Shown piece by piece: positions 24,400 to 38,173 of a stretch of DNA of 64,000 nucleotides (position 1 is its first letter; the number at the start of each line of letters is the position of its first letter). Source of the stretch: Camelus dromedarius (lineage: Eukaryota); the NCBI RefSeq assembly GCF_036321535.1, contig NC_087437.1:116872001-116936000 (forward strand), written 5' to 3'. The position numbers and the translations under genes are program-made. Under the pieces are notes generated by a model. It was not told where the DNA came from and searched no databases. It worked only from the letters and a program-made list of their open reading frames with translations.

Positions 24400-25160
24400 A
24401 GCCCAGGAAAAGCCATCCACCCCCCAATTTATGTCTCCAGCCCAGCGCTCCCTCCCAAATTCCAGACTTGCATCTTCAACAGCCAGCTCACCGCCTCAGC
24501 CCCAGCCTCTCCCGCTCAAAGCGCCCAAAGCTGAGCGCCTGCTCTTTCCACCAAACCCGCCACCCCCACGGCTCCCCTTCCCCCTTGTCTTCAACTCCAG
24601 CCTTCTGGTTGGTCGCTCAGGCCACGGGCCTTGCAGTCTTTCTCAGTCCTTGTTTTTCTCACTCCCCACCGCCCCCCCCCCCACAACCCACCACCTCTGA
24701 TTAGTCAGGAAATCCTGCCGGCCCTCCCTTCAGGCCAGATCCAAGATCCACCCACTTCTCAGTTTCCCACCTGTCAGCTCTGAGCCCGGCCACCCTCAGT
24801 TCACTGCTGCTTCCCACGCCAGCCTCCTGCCAGTCTCCCTGCCCTCGTTCTCACCTCCTGCAGTGAGATGCTGTCAGGCTTCCGCCCCCAATTCTCTCAG
24901 AGTTAAATGCAGGGTCCTTATAATGGTCTCCAAGGCCCTCCGTGATGTCACTCCCCCGGCAGCTCCGTCCCAGCCGCTGCCTCGGCCCCAGCCACGTGGC
25001 CTCTCTGCTCTGTCTACACCCCCAGCTCCATCTCAGGGACTTGGTTCTAGCTGATTCCTCTTCCTGGAACACATTTAACCCCAAGGGCTCTCTGGCTCAC
25101 TCCTCACCTCCATTAAACTTTTTCTCCATCTTACTTTCTCATTAACGCCCACCCTGTCCT
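24400..25160 (+). mobile_element. L2 LINE fragment
   Basis: 'tttatgtctccagcccagcgctccctcccaaattccagacttgcatct...gtccttataatggtctccaaggccct...tcctcttcctggaac'. Confidence 0.75.
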
Positions 25161-25163
25161 ACC

Positions 25164-25613
25164 TGGTGGTGGGTCAAATATGCCCGTTGTCCCCAAAATC
25201 TGCCCGCATAGAACCTGTAAATGGGACCTTATCTGGAAATAAGGGTATTGCCAATGTAATTAGTTGAGATTCTCAAGATGAAATCAGCCTGGATTCAGGG
25301 TGGGTCCTAAAGCCAACGACTGGTGTCTGCGTAAGAAGAGGAAAGGGAGACGGTGCACGGAGAGACGCGTGGAAGAAGAAAGCTCAGTGCAGACAGAGGC
25401 AGAGATCGGACTGACGAGGCCACAAGCCAAGGATGGCCTGGAGCCACCAGGGACTGAAAGCGACAAGGAAGGACACTTCCCTAGAGTCCCCGGAGAGAGC
25501 ATGGCCCTGCAGACACCTGGATATCGGACTGCTCGACTCCAGAGCTGTGAGGGAATAAACTGCTGCTCTTATAAGCCACCCAGCTCATGACGGCAACCCA
25601 AGGACACTGATCC
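25164..25613 (+). mobile_element. MLT1-family (MLT1C-like) solo LTR
   Basis: 'gaacctgtaaatgggaccttatctggaaataagggt...gccacaagccaaggatggcctggagccaccag...tccagagctgtgagggaataaac'. Confidence 0.9.
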
Positions 25614-25724
25614 GCCACCCTGCTGACTCCTGCAGCCTGCCCGTCCCTTCCCATCCCCACTAGCCCCACTCCCTCCTTCCAGCTCTGCCTTTTCTTCTTT
25701 TTTAAAAAAATACATACATACATA

Positions 25725-26208
25725 TAGGCATACCCCAGAGATACTGTGGGTTCAGTTCCAGACCACTAAAATAAAGCAAATATTGCCATTAAGCAAGCCA
25801 CACAAATGTTTTGGTTTCCCAGTGCTTATAAAAGTTATTTTTATACTATACTGTAGCCTGGTAAGTGTGCAATAGCATTATGTCAGAAAAACCCAACGCA
25901 CAGACCTTAATTACAAAATACTTGGTTGCTAAAAAATGCTAACCCTCCTCTGAGCCTTTAGCGAGTCACAGAAGTAACGTCAAAGATGACCGGTCACAGT
26001 TTACCCTAACAAATACGATCATGATGAAAACGTTTTGAATATTTTGAGAATTACCAAAATGTGACACAGAAACACAAGGTGAGCCGAGCAAACGCTGTTA
26101 GAAAACGGCAGCGACAGGCTTGCAGGGTGCCACAAACCTTCAGTTTATAGAAAACACAGCATCTGAGAAGCACAACCAAGCGAAACACGATAAAACGAGG
26201 CCTGCCCG
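25725..26208 (-). mobile_element. Internally deleted Tigger1 derivative (TcMar-Tigger; Tigger1a_Art-like)
   Basis: Termini 'taggcataccccagagatactgtgggttcagttccagacc' and 'gcgaaacacgataaaacgaggcctgcc' match the Tigger1 ends; about 480 bp, no transposase. Confidence 0.85.
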
Positions 26209-26239
26209 TGCCTGTGCACTCACGCAAGGCCTTACACAC

Positions 26240-27060
26240 GCACAGACTATTTATTCTCCTGAACCACTCGAGAGTGGGTCATATAGATCACGGCCCTTTC
26301 CACCTTAACACCAAAGGAGTAACCTGCTTGGGACGTGGCTATCCCCTCACAGAGCCTCAGGAAAGCCGCTGGATTTGGAACACTGAGATTGGACACAATA
26401 CTTCTGTCTGATCTATAGTCCATATTCCATTTTTGTCAATTATTCCAAGTAATTATTTAATGCCGATTAAAGTGCTGAAATTAACGTCCTCTGTAGCAGT
26501 TTCCCCTTTTAAGACAGCATCCAGCCCAGAATTACGTGCTGCATTGAGCTGTCTTGTCTCCTTATAGGCTCCTTTAATCTCCCTTAACAGCTCTCAACTT
26601 TTCTTGTTTTCCATGACATTTGTAGAATGCAAGTTAGTTATTTTACAGAATATCCTTCTACTTGGGTTTGTTTGATGTTTCTTCTTGGTTAGATTCAGGC
26701 CATGCATCTTGGCTAGATATGCCCTAAGGAACATTGTATCTTCCTTGGGGGAGTCCTATCTGGAGGCGGCCAGCGTCATCTGCCCTCAACTGGGGTGTTA
26801 ATTCCCAGCTAAAAGTGTTGTCTGCTGCGTGCATAGAGCTGTCTGCACTCCCCCCTTGTAAATAATAAGTAACCTATGCAATCTGTGGGGAGACACTTTA
26901 AGACGATGTAAATATCTTGCTCCTCATCAAACTCACACGTGCATGATTTAGCATCCATTGATGTTTTTGCTTAAACCAATGTCTACAGGATGAATGCAGC
27001 ATGATGATTTTGCAACGGCAACACTTCCAGTACATTAATCAGCCAGCATCCTCCTGTAAG
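26240..27060 (-). mobile_element. Old L1M (L1MC-like) 3' UTR
   Basis: 'ttgggtttgtttgatgtttcttcttggttagattcaggccatgcatcttggc' and 'ggggagacactttaagacgatgtaaatatcttgctcctcatcaaact'. Confidence 0.75.
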
Positions 27061-27073
27061 AAAGAGGCTTCCC

Positions 27074-27345
27074 ACAGAAAACAAACTCACAGCTGCCAAA
27101 GGGGAGAGGGGGAAAGGGATAAATTAGGAGTTTGGGATTAACAGATACACACTACTGTATATAAAATGGCTAAACAACAAGGACCCACAGTATAGCACAG
27201 GGAACTACATCCAATCCTGTGCAATAACCTATAATGGAAAGAATCTGAAAAAGAATAGCTATGTATCTATTATATGTATAACAGAATCACCTTGCTATTA
27301 GCCTGAAAGTAATACATTGTAAATCAATTTTACTTCAATAAAAAA
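27074..27345 (+). mobile_element. L1 3' UTR end (young), inserted in the L1MC-like element
   Basis: 'gggataaattaggagtttgggattaacagatacacactact'; degenerate TSD aaagaggcttccc / aaagagtctccc. Confidence 0.9.
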
Positions 27346-28306
27346 GAGTCTCCCTTTTCCCAGTCATTTATTTAGCAATTTATTGTCAGTACAGAGAAAG
27401 CCTGGCTCCTGAGATCATCTTTTCCACTACTCATTCAAAAACAGTTCAACATTTACAGTGGAAGCTGAGCAGTCACTTTTGTTCTCAGTTTCATCTGCAC
27501 TTTGAAGAAATAAATGGCTTTGCATCAACAAAAGTTACTGAGAACAAAAAACAAGCCAGGTCAGCTTTTAAAACTATTAGTCCATGATGGCTCTGTTCCA
27601 GCCCAGAGAATGTACATTTGTAAGAAAAGTAACATTAAAATACCATTAACAGAAAGAAGTAAATATTATGCATTCCTGAAAATAAATGGAAACTATTGAT
27701 GATTAGAGTAGCAGCAAAATTGTATGTACTGTGTCCAGAGAAACCTAGAGAGGAGGAGGAGGCACGAACACTGTAGCTGAAGCACATGGACAGAAATGTA
27801 CGGACTATTCAGCCAGGGATAACATCAAAGATGACCGAGAAGCGAGGTTGGTTTCAAAATATACGGCAGGCCACCCAGCCAGGTAGAAGACGGGCAACGT
27901 TTCCAAATACAGATTGAAAAACTGGCTCGAAGACCAGATCCCGTGGTGCTGGTGGCTGTCGACAAACCAGATGTTGGCAGGCAGCCTAATTCTAATTGAA
28001 GCAAAGCATCTGATTAATTTTTGGCTTGCCTCCTTGGAAATTTCATCTTTTACCAGTTCAGGGAAACCCTAGAACAAGGGGCTGGGGGCATAGCACTAGT
28101 TCCAGTCACCAGCCAGCCATAAAAGCCAGGCACACATCGGGCACCTTTACACTCGGGTACGAAGGTTAGTACAGTGACACATAGTGTGTGATCCGGACCA
28201 TGCACCCTGGGACCAGCAGGACAGGGCAGGGTCCAAGCAAACCTCTACTTGGGGGTCTGTGTAACTGCCTCTGCTTCTTATAAGTGCCTAGACCAGTTTA
28301 TTTCAC

Positions 28307-28855
28307 TTTTTTCTTTTTTCTTATTTTCTTTATTTTATTTTTTATTGAAGTATACTCAGTTTACAATGCTTCATCAGTTTCTGGTGTGCAGCATAATGTT
28401 TCAGTCGTCCATATACATACATATATTCCTTTTTCACATTCTTTTCCATTGTAGGTTATTACAAGATAATGAATAGAGTTTCGCATGCTATACAGTAGAA
28501 ACTTGTTGTTTATCTGTTTCATATGTAATAGTACCTGCAAATCTCAAACTCCCAATTTATCCCTTCCCACCTCCTTTCCCTCCTGGTAACCATAAGTGTT
28601 TTCTATATCTGCAAGTCTGTTTCTGTTTTGTAAAGAAGTTCTTTTGTGTCACTTTTTTAAGATTCCACATATAAATGATATCACATGGCATTTCTCTTTC
28701 TCTTTCTAGCTGACTTCACTTAGAGTGACGATCTCCAGGTCCATCCATGTTGCAGCAAATGGCATTATTTTATTCTTTTTTTATGGCTGAGTAGTATTCC
28801 GTTGTATAAATATACCACAACCTCCTTATCCAGTCACCTGTTGATGGACATTTAG
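28307..28855 (-). mobile_element. L1 3' end (young)
   Basis: 'ttgaagtatactcagtttacaatg...tccatccatgttgcagcaaatggcattattttattc...gatggacatttag'. Confidence 0.95.
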
Positions 28856-29544
28856 CTTTCTTCCATAAGTTTTTCTTAAATGATTGAGTTAAAACCCTAA
28901 CTCTCAGCACAATTGTTCCCGACACACCCAGGAAGTGTCCAGCCATTCCTGCTTAAATAGAAGTACTCATTTTTTAATATATTCTCAGTTAAATTGAGGG
29001 CTAATCCTGCAGTGGAACATGGCATCACATTTTCAAAACTATTTATGAACTACTTTCAGGGGCCCAATATGATCTTTGAAATTAAACCTCTTCACACATT
29101 CCAAGAAAAATAGGATATTTTCCCTGGTAGCTCAATAGATCACATTGAAGTTTCTATTTCAGTTCAAAACCTAAACACACATCCACCTACAATGACAAAG
29201 CTGTTTAAACACTTGGTGCCTAAAATAAAATAACTCAACGGTGCCCAGTTTCATTTACCTTAGATGGGGCTCTGTTTCTCCGGTTCCCGGTCCCTCCTGT
29301 CCTAACAACAAACATCTCATTCCAGGAAAAATGATGAGCTAATTATCAGGGATTATTTTAGAAAACTACTCCTGAGTAGGCAGATGGACTTTTATAGAAA
29401 ACTAATCTAGAGAGTGCATTTAAAGTGAAATAAAGTTCAGGAAAAGCCGAGCTCTGTTTTAAAGCATGTTGAATCTGATAAATTTAATTTTTTTAAAAAA
29501 GCTGTCATGGAATTCTGGTTCCAGGTACAACGGGTTAAGTGTAA

Positions 29545-29706
29545 GGTGGCAACATAATTTGGGGGCTCATTGCAAGATGAGAATGTGAGGTCCCCATTTT
29601 AAAAAGCTAGAAATTATGACAGAATAGTAAACAGGAGCGGAGTTCTTCTGAGTGCAGCACACAGATGGGACTCTGCACAGGTGGGTCACCCAGAAAGCCG
29701 GGGCCG
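29545..29706 (-). mobile_element. MER45A-like hAT-Tip100 element
   Basis: 'cataatttgggggctcattgcaagatgagaatgtgaggtcccc...ttcttctgagtgc...ctgcacaggt...gaaagccgggcc'. Confidence 0.65.
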
Positions 29707-31717
29707 GCTGAGGTGGCTTGGACTTAACCGGGTGAGTTTGCTATTGGCCGGCACTGGACCATCACTTCTGCACAGTGGGAATATTTGAGAAAAGGGAAGT
29801 GCACGAGGGAATATTTCAAACATTTGTCTCCTCATTAATTACACTAGAACTCTGACATCTCTTCACTCTGTGACAGTATGAGAGCCTCCCCAGAGACACA
29901 GCCTCCCTGCCACCCCAGGGGGCTAAGTGCCTGGCTTCCCTCCGCCCCACCTCCTTCCTGCTCAGGTGACTCAGCCAGGGGTGCCTTGAGATCCAACGGA
30001 ATGGATTTGCACACTCAGGCCCTCGCTCCAAGAATGTTCACAGCCGCTGAAACCCATCCAAAGAAAACTGTTAAAATTCCACCCTTGATCCAGCAGTTCT
30101 GAGCATTGGTCTGTGTGTTCGTTTCCTAAGAGCCAAGTCAATGAGACGCGATGTGGATCAGTAAAGGCCGGCTTTGCTGAGCCGACCTCAGCGATCTCCT
30201 CGCAGGCCTTTCTGCGTTCAGCCCAGTTACGCCGTCAGTAAGTCTGACGCCCGTTAAAACTAAGAGGTCAACCACCTCGGCAGCAGGACTGTCTCAGTTT
30301 GCAGCGGGGCTACTTCTTGTCTAGAAAAATCCAGGGGCTGTAGTGAAAGGGGTTTGGGTAGCTTTCCATCTGGAATTTATTTTTGTTTTTAAATTATTTT
30401 TAGACATAGTTAATGTTTGAATAGGTAATACTTGCACATGGTGTCAAAGGGTGTGAGAAGGCAGACCTATGAGAGGGTTTCCTCCCGCCCCGTCTAACAG
30501 GCCTCCACGCTTAGGAGATGGTTTTAGACATCATCCTCTGTCTAATAATATTCAAAGATTATGACGCAAATACAAGCAAATGTATACACCCCTTTCACAC
30601 CAAGGGCAGCATATTATAGACTCTATCCTGTACTCTCCTTTTTAATTTAACACTCTTTCTTGGAACTGTCTCCATCAGTACGTAGAAGGCCCACACTTTG
30701 TTGCATTTCATTGTATGTAGGGATGTCCCACAGGTATTTAACCAGTCATCTTTTAGGGGACAAATGTATAGCTGTCAACAGTTTGCTGTTACAAAATTAT
30801 CCAGCTTTGTTCTTAGAGCCCTCATGGGCCACAGTGTTTCATTGATGTTTTTTGCTGATGATACAAACTTTTAAATTTTTGCTTACTGATCCTTTGCCAT
30901 CTCTCAGGCCAAAGATAGCCTCCTACGTGTTCTTCTACTGAATGTGTGGTCTTACCTTTTAACTTTAGTCCAGTTGGAGTCAAAGTTGATAATGAAGTTA
31001 TGTTTACATTGCAAAATAAGCAGTGCAGGAGCCAACATGTAAGAGCCAGGCGTTTCCTTGCAATGGCCTGAGGGTCCCTTTCCTGAGCCTCTACCTCCAG
31101 GGACAGCTCTGCAGGTACATTCCAAAGTCCAGTGGCTGAAGGCATTAGGGAGGGTCCTTCTAATGGAGCTGTTCAATTCAGAGGCCCTGGGAAGAACACC
31201 TGTACCTTTCTCCCCAGGACAGACCTCACTGAGCCCCAGTATGTTGGGGTCATCTTGGTTCATAGTTTCCAAGAAAACCCAGTTTGTGTTTCCCATGCGG
31301 AAGGAACAGGTGTCATCAGAGTAGTACCCGAAATAACCTTCATATTCCCCTCACTGGTGCCTGCCGTCTTCCAGGGACCGCTGTAAGCATTTAGCACACT
31401 TTATCCCAGTATCTTGCTTGTGGTGTAAGGTCTCCTTGTAGCCTCGATGGAGACACTCCAGGAAGTGTTGAGACGTGGCTGGTGAGACATCAGCAGCCTG
31501 ACTCCCGCTGTGAAACACAGCGTGACAGCTTACACCCAGAGACACCAACGTCAGTGGCCAATCTTCCAGCATCTGCTGCAGGGAACCATTCACGGCTTGC
31601 ACATCTTCTGAGCCCAGCCCTTCGCTTGAGGGGACTGGTAAGAGCGTGAGGGCTTGAAATCCAGCTGGAGCAAATGCAGAACAAAAGTGAGAAATGCTCA
31701 TTATTAAAGCTGTAACC

Positions 31718-32098
31718 CAACGTGGAACCTAAAAAATAAAAAAGTCAAGCTCATAGGGACAGAGAGTAGAATGGTGGCCGCCAGCGGCTGAGGGGTGGGG
31801 GAAAGAGTGCGAGGCTGGAAAAGGGTAGAAACTTACTTATGAGCAAGGTCTGAGGATCGACTGCATAGCATGGTGACTGCCCTTTAGAATACTGGGTGAT
31901 AGAATTGAAATCTGCTGCAAGTGCAACTGAAGTGGTCTCACCCCCAAAATGAATAAATGTGCGAGGTGCTGGGGATGTGGGATTTAACGGGCCAGTGGGA
32001 ATCCTTCACGACGCGCACATATATTAACTCACCACGTCATACACTTTAAACACATTACAATTTTATTTGTCAACTGTACCTCAATAAAACTGAAAAAA
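31718..32098 (+). mobile_element. L1MA9/10-like 3' UTR with TSD
   Basis: 'aaagtcaagctcatagggacagagagtagaatggtgg...tttatttgtcaactgtacctcaataaa'; flanks taaagctgtaacca / taaagctgtagcca. Confidence 0.85.
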
Positions 32099-32483
32099 TA
32101 AAGCTGTAGCCAGATGTCAAGTGGGGTTCTCCCGACCCCCCAGACCTAGACGACGTGAGCATGAACCCCCAATTCCACATCAGCCACCTCAGCGTGAGGT
32201 CCTCTCCACTCATTCTGGAGCAGGTCTCCAGCACGCAGACACGCAAGCACACGTGAAGAGCCTGGCACAGCAAACGTGTGCACACCTGGGCATAAGCACG
32301 CATGGATATCCGTGCGTGCAGGTGTGAACACATGTGTACACGTGTGAGGACACGTACATGCTCACAAAACCACCTCACACAGAGCAGTCATTAGGGTGGC
32401 TGGCTTTACTGCAGCTTGGTGGCCAGAGAGAGAAGATGGTCCACACTGAAGACATGGAAGCTATCTCCAGTTACACATAAGTC

Positions 32484-33313
32484 TTTTCTATTCTTTTTTT
32501 TTAAAAAAGTATGGTTGATTTACAATACTGTATTAGTTTCAGGTGTACAGCAAAGCGACTTGGTTATAAATACATATGTATATATCTATATTCTTTTTTA
32601 CCTCTTTTCCATTTTTAGTTTATTATGAGATATTGAACACAGTTCCTTGTGCTATACAGTAGGACCTGGCTGTTTCTCTATTTTATATATAGTGGTTAGT
32701 ATCTGCTAACCCCAAACTCCCAATTTGTCCCTCTCCACCCCCTTTCCCCCCTGGCAACTGTAAGTTTGTTTTCTATGTCTGTGGGTCTGTTTCTGTTTCA
32801 TAAGTAAGTTCATTTGTATCATTTTTTTTAAGATTCTACATATAAGTGATATCATATCATATTTGTCTTTCTCTGTCTGACTGACTTCACTTAGTATAAT
32901 AATCTCCATGTTCATCCATGTTGCTGCAAATGGCATAATTTCATTCTTCTTACAGCTGAGTAGAATTCCATTGTGTATATATACCTTCTTTATCCATTCA
33001 TCTATCGGTGGACACTTAGGTTGCCTCCATGTCTTGGCTATTGTAACTGTGCTGCTATGAATATTGGGGTGCATGTGTCTTTTCAAATTAGAATTTCCTC
33101 CAGATATGTGCCCAAGAGTAGGGTTGCTGGATCATATGGTAACTCTATTTTCAGGGGGGTTTTTTTTTGAGGAGCTTCCATACTGTTCTCCACAATGGCT
33201 GTGCCAAACTACATTCCCACCAACAGTGTAGGAGGGTTCCCTTTTCTCCTCTCCAGAATTTATTTGTAGACGTCTTGATGGTGGCCATTCTTGCCAGTGT
33301 GAGTTGATACCTC
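32484..33313 (-). mobile_element. L1 3' end with decayed ORF2 C-terminus
   Basis: Minus-strand peptides TIAKTWRQPKCP..DEWIKK, KNEIMPFAATWM and [10 protein letters not shown]. Confidence 0.95.
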
Positions 33314-34534
33314 AAAGGCTTTTCCATTCTTAATGGTCCTTTCAGCTCCTGTCCCAGCCCACCCACAACCCCCACAGCACCATCACCTCCATCCCCTGAC
33401 CTCTCTCTCCTCCCCCTCCTTTCTCTTCCTCCTCTTCTTGTCTCTGACAAAGCAGGGGGATCTTTCTCCCATCCCAAGCTTTCATTGTGTTTTCCGAATA
33501 TTATGAAGATTTCCTCCTTGAGAAGAATTTTGCTTTCAGTTGTTCAGATAATCAATTTTGTAAATCTTTTTATATAAACAAAATATAAATCTCTTTAAGA
33601 AGAAATGTATAATTGCAAGAAATTCTCTCCTGGGCTAGCCTCCCCATGTGGATTCTTGAACGAGGCTCTTTGTCACCTGCCACAGAAAGCCAGGCACCTC
33701 CTAGCTATTTCAGTCCTTGTGTTTTTTCAGGATCAGAACCAACGCCAGGACCCCCAGGAGCCATGTTAGGCCAGGTTGTTTGCACCACTCTGTCCAAGAG
33801 ATTCTAAAAGAACAACACACTGAGCGTCCTTAATGAACAGATAGGCAATTCACAGAGGTGACATAAATGTTTTTAATTCCTCAGGGTATTTTCTTACTGA
33901 CCACTTTCTCCACTCCTAGTTTAATTGCCCATGAAGTCCATTAGTCTAGAACAGGGGTTAGAAAAGCCTGTGGCAACGACATAGTAAATTTGGAATCCCC
34001 AGTGGCCAATGGCTCAAGACATCTGCAATTCACATGGCCTTCCAGGAGTGAAGGGGAGCCTGTAATATTAAGCACTGAACAAAAGTCTCCACAGCTAAAG
34101 AGGAGGAGCACAGCCAAGGGCAAAGGCTGGTACTTCCGAGGAAGAAAAGAAATGAAGCTTATCTTCACTTAAACTAGGTTCATCATGGGTTGTTTCAACT
34201 TTCTGATGGCTCAAGTGTCAGTGTTATTTATTCTATAGCTTAAAAGGGTGACATAAATTCCCTAGTTTCACATTTTGCCCTGCTGGAATCCAAATTACCA
34301 AAATCACAAAGGACTTTCTGGACTCTTCCCACATGTTCATCCACTAAGTTGATAATTAGGGCATCAGAACATGGTACCACACTTGGAATCCTAGAACGCG
34401 GTGACTGCACCAAGCACACAAAAATGCAGGCTCAACAGAAATGCTAAATCCAAGGATTTTTGGAATGATGAATGACAGCTGTTCAAACATTTGCAGAAGC
34501 AACTTTGAGATTATCTGTAAGATCTGTCATCAGC

Positions 34535-35459
34535 ATTTCTCCAAGCAGACACACAGATGGCCAAAAGACACATTACAAGATGCTCAACATCGCTAATTAT
34601 TAGAGAAACGCAAATTGAAACTACGAGATACCACCTCACACCGGTCAGAACGGCCATCATTAAAAAGTCTACAAATAACAAATGCTGGAGAGGGTGTGAA
34701 GAAAAGGGAACCCTCCTATACTGTTGGTGGGAATGTAGTTTTGTGCAGCTGCTATGGAGAATAGCATGGTGGTTCCTTAAAAAACTGAAAAAGACTTACC
34801 CTATGATCTAGCAATCCCACTCATGGGCATATATCTGGATGAAATTCTAATTTAAAAGATACATGCATCCCAATGTCCATTGCAGCACTATTTACAATAG
34901 CCAAGACAAGGAAGCAGCCTAAGTGACCACTGACAGATGATTGGATAAAGAAGAAGTGGTATATATACACAGTGGAATATTACTCAGCCATAAAGAAGAA
35001 TGAAATCGTGCCATTTGCAGCAACACAGATAGACCTAGAGATTATCATACTATGTGAAATAAGTCAGAAAGAGGAAGACAAGTACCATATGATATCACTT
35101 TTATGTGGAATCTAAAAAATAGTACAAATGAATTTATTTATGAAACAGAAACAGACTCACAGACATAGAAAACAGACTTATGGTTACCAAAGGGGAAAGG
35201 AGTAGGGGAAGGATAAAATAGGAATTTGGGATTGGCAGATAAAAACTACTATACATAAACTAGATAAACAAGTAGTGGGCCCCTGCTATATAGCACAGGG
35301 AACTGTACTCAATAAACCATAATAAGCCTGTAATAAACCATACTGGGAAAGAATATGAAAAAGGATATGTATGTGTCTCTATAAACAAGTCACTTTTCTG
35401 TACACCAGAAACTAACACTTACTGAAGTAAATCAACTATACTTCAACAACAACAAAAAA
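34535..35459 (+). mobile_element. L1 3' end with decayed ORF2 C-terminus
   Basis: [60 protein letters not shown]; flanking 'tgtcatcag' repeat on both sides. Confidence 0.95.
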
Positions 35460-36250
35460 TACTTGTCATCAGTAAGATCAACTTTGGCAAAGACCCCTCC
35501 ACATACCACCTCCCCCAGTCCACACAAAAATTGCAGGAACTGGATACTGGAGCAACATTTAAGTGTCTAATTCTCTGCGTTCCTGACACCTTCACAAGGA
35601 CTCACTTTAGAATTAGTATTTGGTGTCTAGTTAAATATTGGTTATGTGTGGCTGTAATGAAAGCACTCACCACAGTAAGTAAACACTCAGGCTCTTTTAA
35701 AAGCATTTTTCCTTGGAGGAAAGATGCATTTCTCTTGGCTGAGTCTAAGGAAAGAGGTTTGATTCTGTTTGTAAGTTTCCAGGTCCTCAGAGTCCACTGG
35801 GGAGTTTAGACAGTAATGACCACTCGTGTGGTCATTAATAGTGGCGTGAACTGGTTTCTTCCCAAGAGGATTCTGTGCCAACCCCTTACAATGAAAAAAT
35901 AAATACAGAAATACATGTTGAATTTAGAAAAGTGTCCCCTTTTCCTTGTCCAATGACATATAGCCTCCAAGTTACCAACTACTCAATATTTCACAATTCA
36001 AGGGCTGGGCAAGGATTGGTTTTTAGGAAAGAAAACTGGCTTAGAGCATATACTACAATTGAATTAGACCCTACTGAGTGTCTATTCTGTGTCAAATGTT
36101 ATCTTTAACTAACAACAGCCTACCAACAAGGTACATTAATCCTTTGTTACTTATCAAGCTCAAAAAGATTAAATAACTTGTCCAAGGTCAACCAGCAAAG
36201 TGGAAGAACCAAAACTCCAACTTAATTTTGTCTGATCCCAAACTATTAGT

Positions 36251-36583
36251 CAGTATTAGACCTTCTCAGGCTGCCATAACAAGATAGCACAGACTGGGCA
36301 GCTTGAAAGATAGAAATCTATTTTCTCCTAATTTTGGAGGCTGGGAAGAAGTCCATGATCAAGGTGCCACGTGGTGGGTTTCTGTTGAGAGCTCTCTTCT
36401 GGCTTGCAGACAGCTGAGCTCTCTGGTGTCTCTTCTTACAAGGACACTAATCTTCTTGGAGAGGGTCCCACTCTTATGATCCTGTTTAACCTTAATTAAT
36501 TCCCTAGAGCCAGTTCTAATACAGCTACACCAGTGGTCAGGGCTTCAACATATGAAGTTTGGGAGACATATTCAGACCAAAAC
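36251..36583 (-). mobile_element. MLT1A-like solo LTR
   Basis: 'ggctgccataacaagatagcacagactggg...tctcttcttacaaggacactaatc...gggcttcaacatatgaa'. Confidence 0.85.
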
Positions 36584-38173
36584 TTGGTCTTTCTACCAGA
36601 GCATGCTGCCTCTCTGCATCAGTGTATAAATTAGAGAACATAATATTAAAATTTTGGCTATTTTCAGTCACAACATTGTGAACTAAGACTCAGGTCTTTC
36701 CTGGCTTAAATATTTTCTACTATTAAATTTTTTCTACCATTAAATCAAGAAGCAAGAATAAGAGTTCATAAGATAGAGTCAATCTTTTTCTCAGCGATGT
36801 CCAAGAATTTTTTTGTATCATTGAATCTCTGTTTTCATCTTCTGTCAGTCTTGGATGTTACAAATATTTTCTCCCAGTGTGACACCTGCGTGTCTGCCTT
36901 GTCTCCTTTACTGAACAGAAATTCTTCATTTTAATGTGATCAATAGAATTCTATTGGTGCAGACACATTTGGAAGAACAAAGGACAACTTGGAATTTTGC
37001 TCTGCTGGGCTCAAAGATGTCTTTTCGCAGTTCAGGAATCAGCAGAAGTTTTCAGTGTCAGTGTCAGCCATGTCAACTAAATCTGTCCCTCGCTCAGAAC
37101 ACTGTAGAATTAAGATATTCCTCAAAGAATATTGAAGCAGAAATCAATGAAAGACAGGAACCATAGAACAATAAGAGTCGCTCCCAGCTGTGAAATGGAT
37201 TAAAGTCTTCCTTTAGTATCTTGGTTCCCTAGCAGAGCAGAAGTCATTTTCCTCAGTGCATCACACTCACAGGGACTGCGCACGACATCGTGCTTTCATA
37301 GCTAAGCCTCCAGGGATTCATGGAGCGCCTGGCCTGACAGTCAGGACCGTGCAGAGGAACCAGGAGGCAGCCACTGATACGGATGGCTCCCAGGCTGGAG
37401 ATGCTTCCAGAGATAACAGGAATCAGAGCTGAGTTTTGAAAAACGAACGGCCGTAAAGAACAGCCATTAAGACCACGGGCTTTGGGATCGATTTCAGTTT
37501 CCAGCACTTTCCAGCTGCATGACCTTAACTGACACGGGACCAGTGTGAGACTTAGAAGACAGACGTGGAAAGGGCTTGGATCAGCCCGCCACATGGTTCC
37601 TCACTCAGAACACATGTTTTCAAGTGGGAGAGAGTTTCCTCTTGAGAGCAGAGGTCCCATTACAAGTTCAGCATCTTGATCTCATGACAGAGAGGTTTGC
37701 TCCGACTTCCAGGCTCAGCGGGGAGGACGGAGAGCCCATCTGAGAAGCTGCAGGATGAGAGAGCGTCCGTCTTGGCGCATCCACTGCTTCGGGAGGAAGA
37801 TCTCTCACAGATTCTTCCCAGTGGGCGTGGGGAAAGATGCATTTGTATTTCAGGACGAGATGCCGGAAAGAATCAAGGTGTTTCCCATATAACCAGTTCG
37901 TCTGGCTCAGCCACAGTAAGAACTCCAAGAGCTTCCAGAAAAAACCCTTCCTGGCCAGCACAAGAGATGACAAGCTGTTTGGAAGCAACTGGGGAAGCCT
38001 CCTAAGGCAGGGCGTTCTGAGAGCCAGAACCCCCTCTGGGCTATGAGATCAGGAGTCTCCAGGCTGACTTGGACTTTGGTTCCAGGTAGCCTCAGGGGAT
38101 TAAAAAATAGTGACCCTCCTCACTTTAATAATTCTCTAAGTTATTCTCACATGACTGCAGAGCACTCAAGTGT

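Noticed and set aside
27780..27990. Faint resemblance to a CR1/L3 RT remnant
   Set aside because: Similarity is too short to call by eye; needs an nhmmer search against Dfam
34557..34811. ORFs with real protein similarity (also 11021, 32706, 38496)
   Set aside because: These are decayed C-termini of L1 ORF2 in 5'-truncated copies, not functional CDSs
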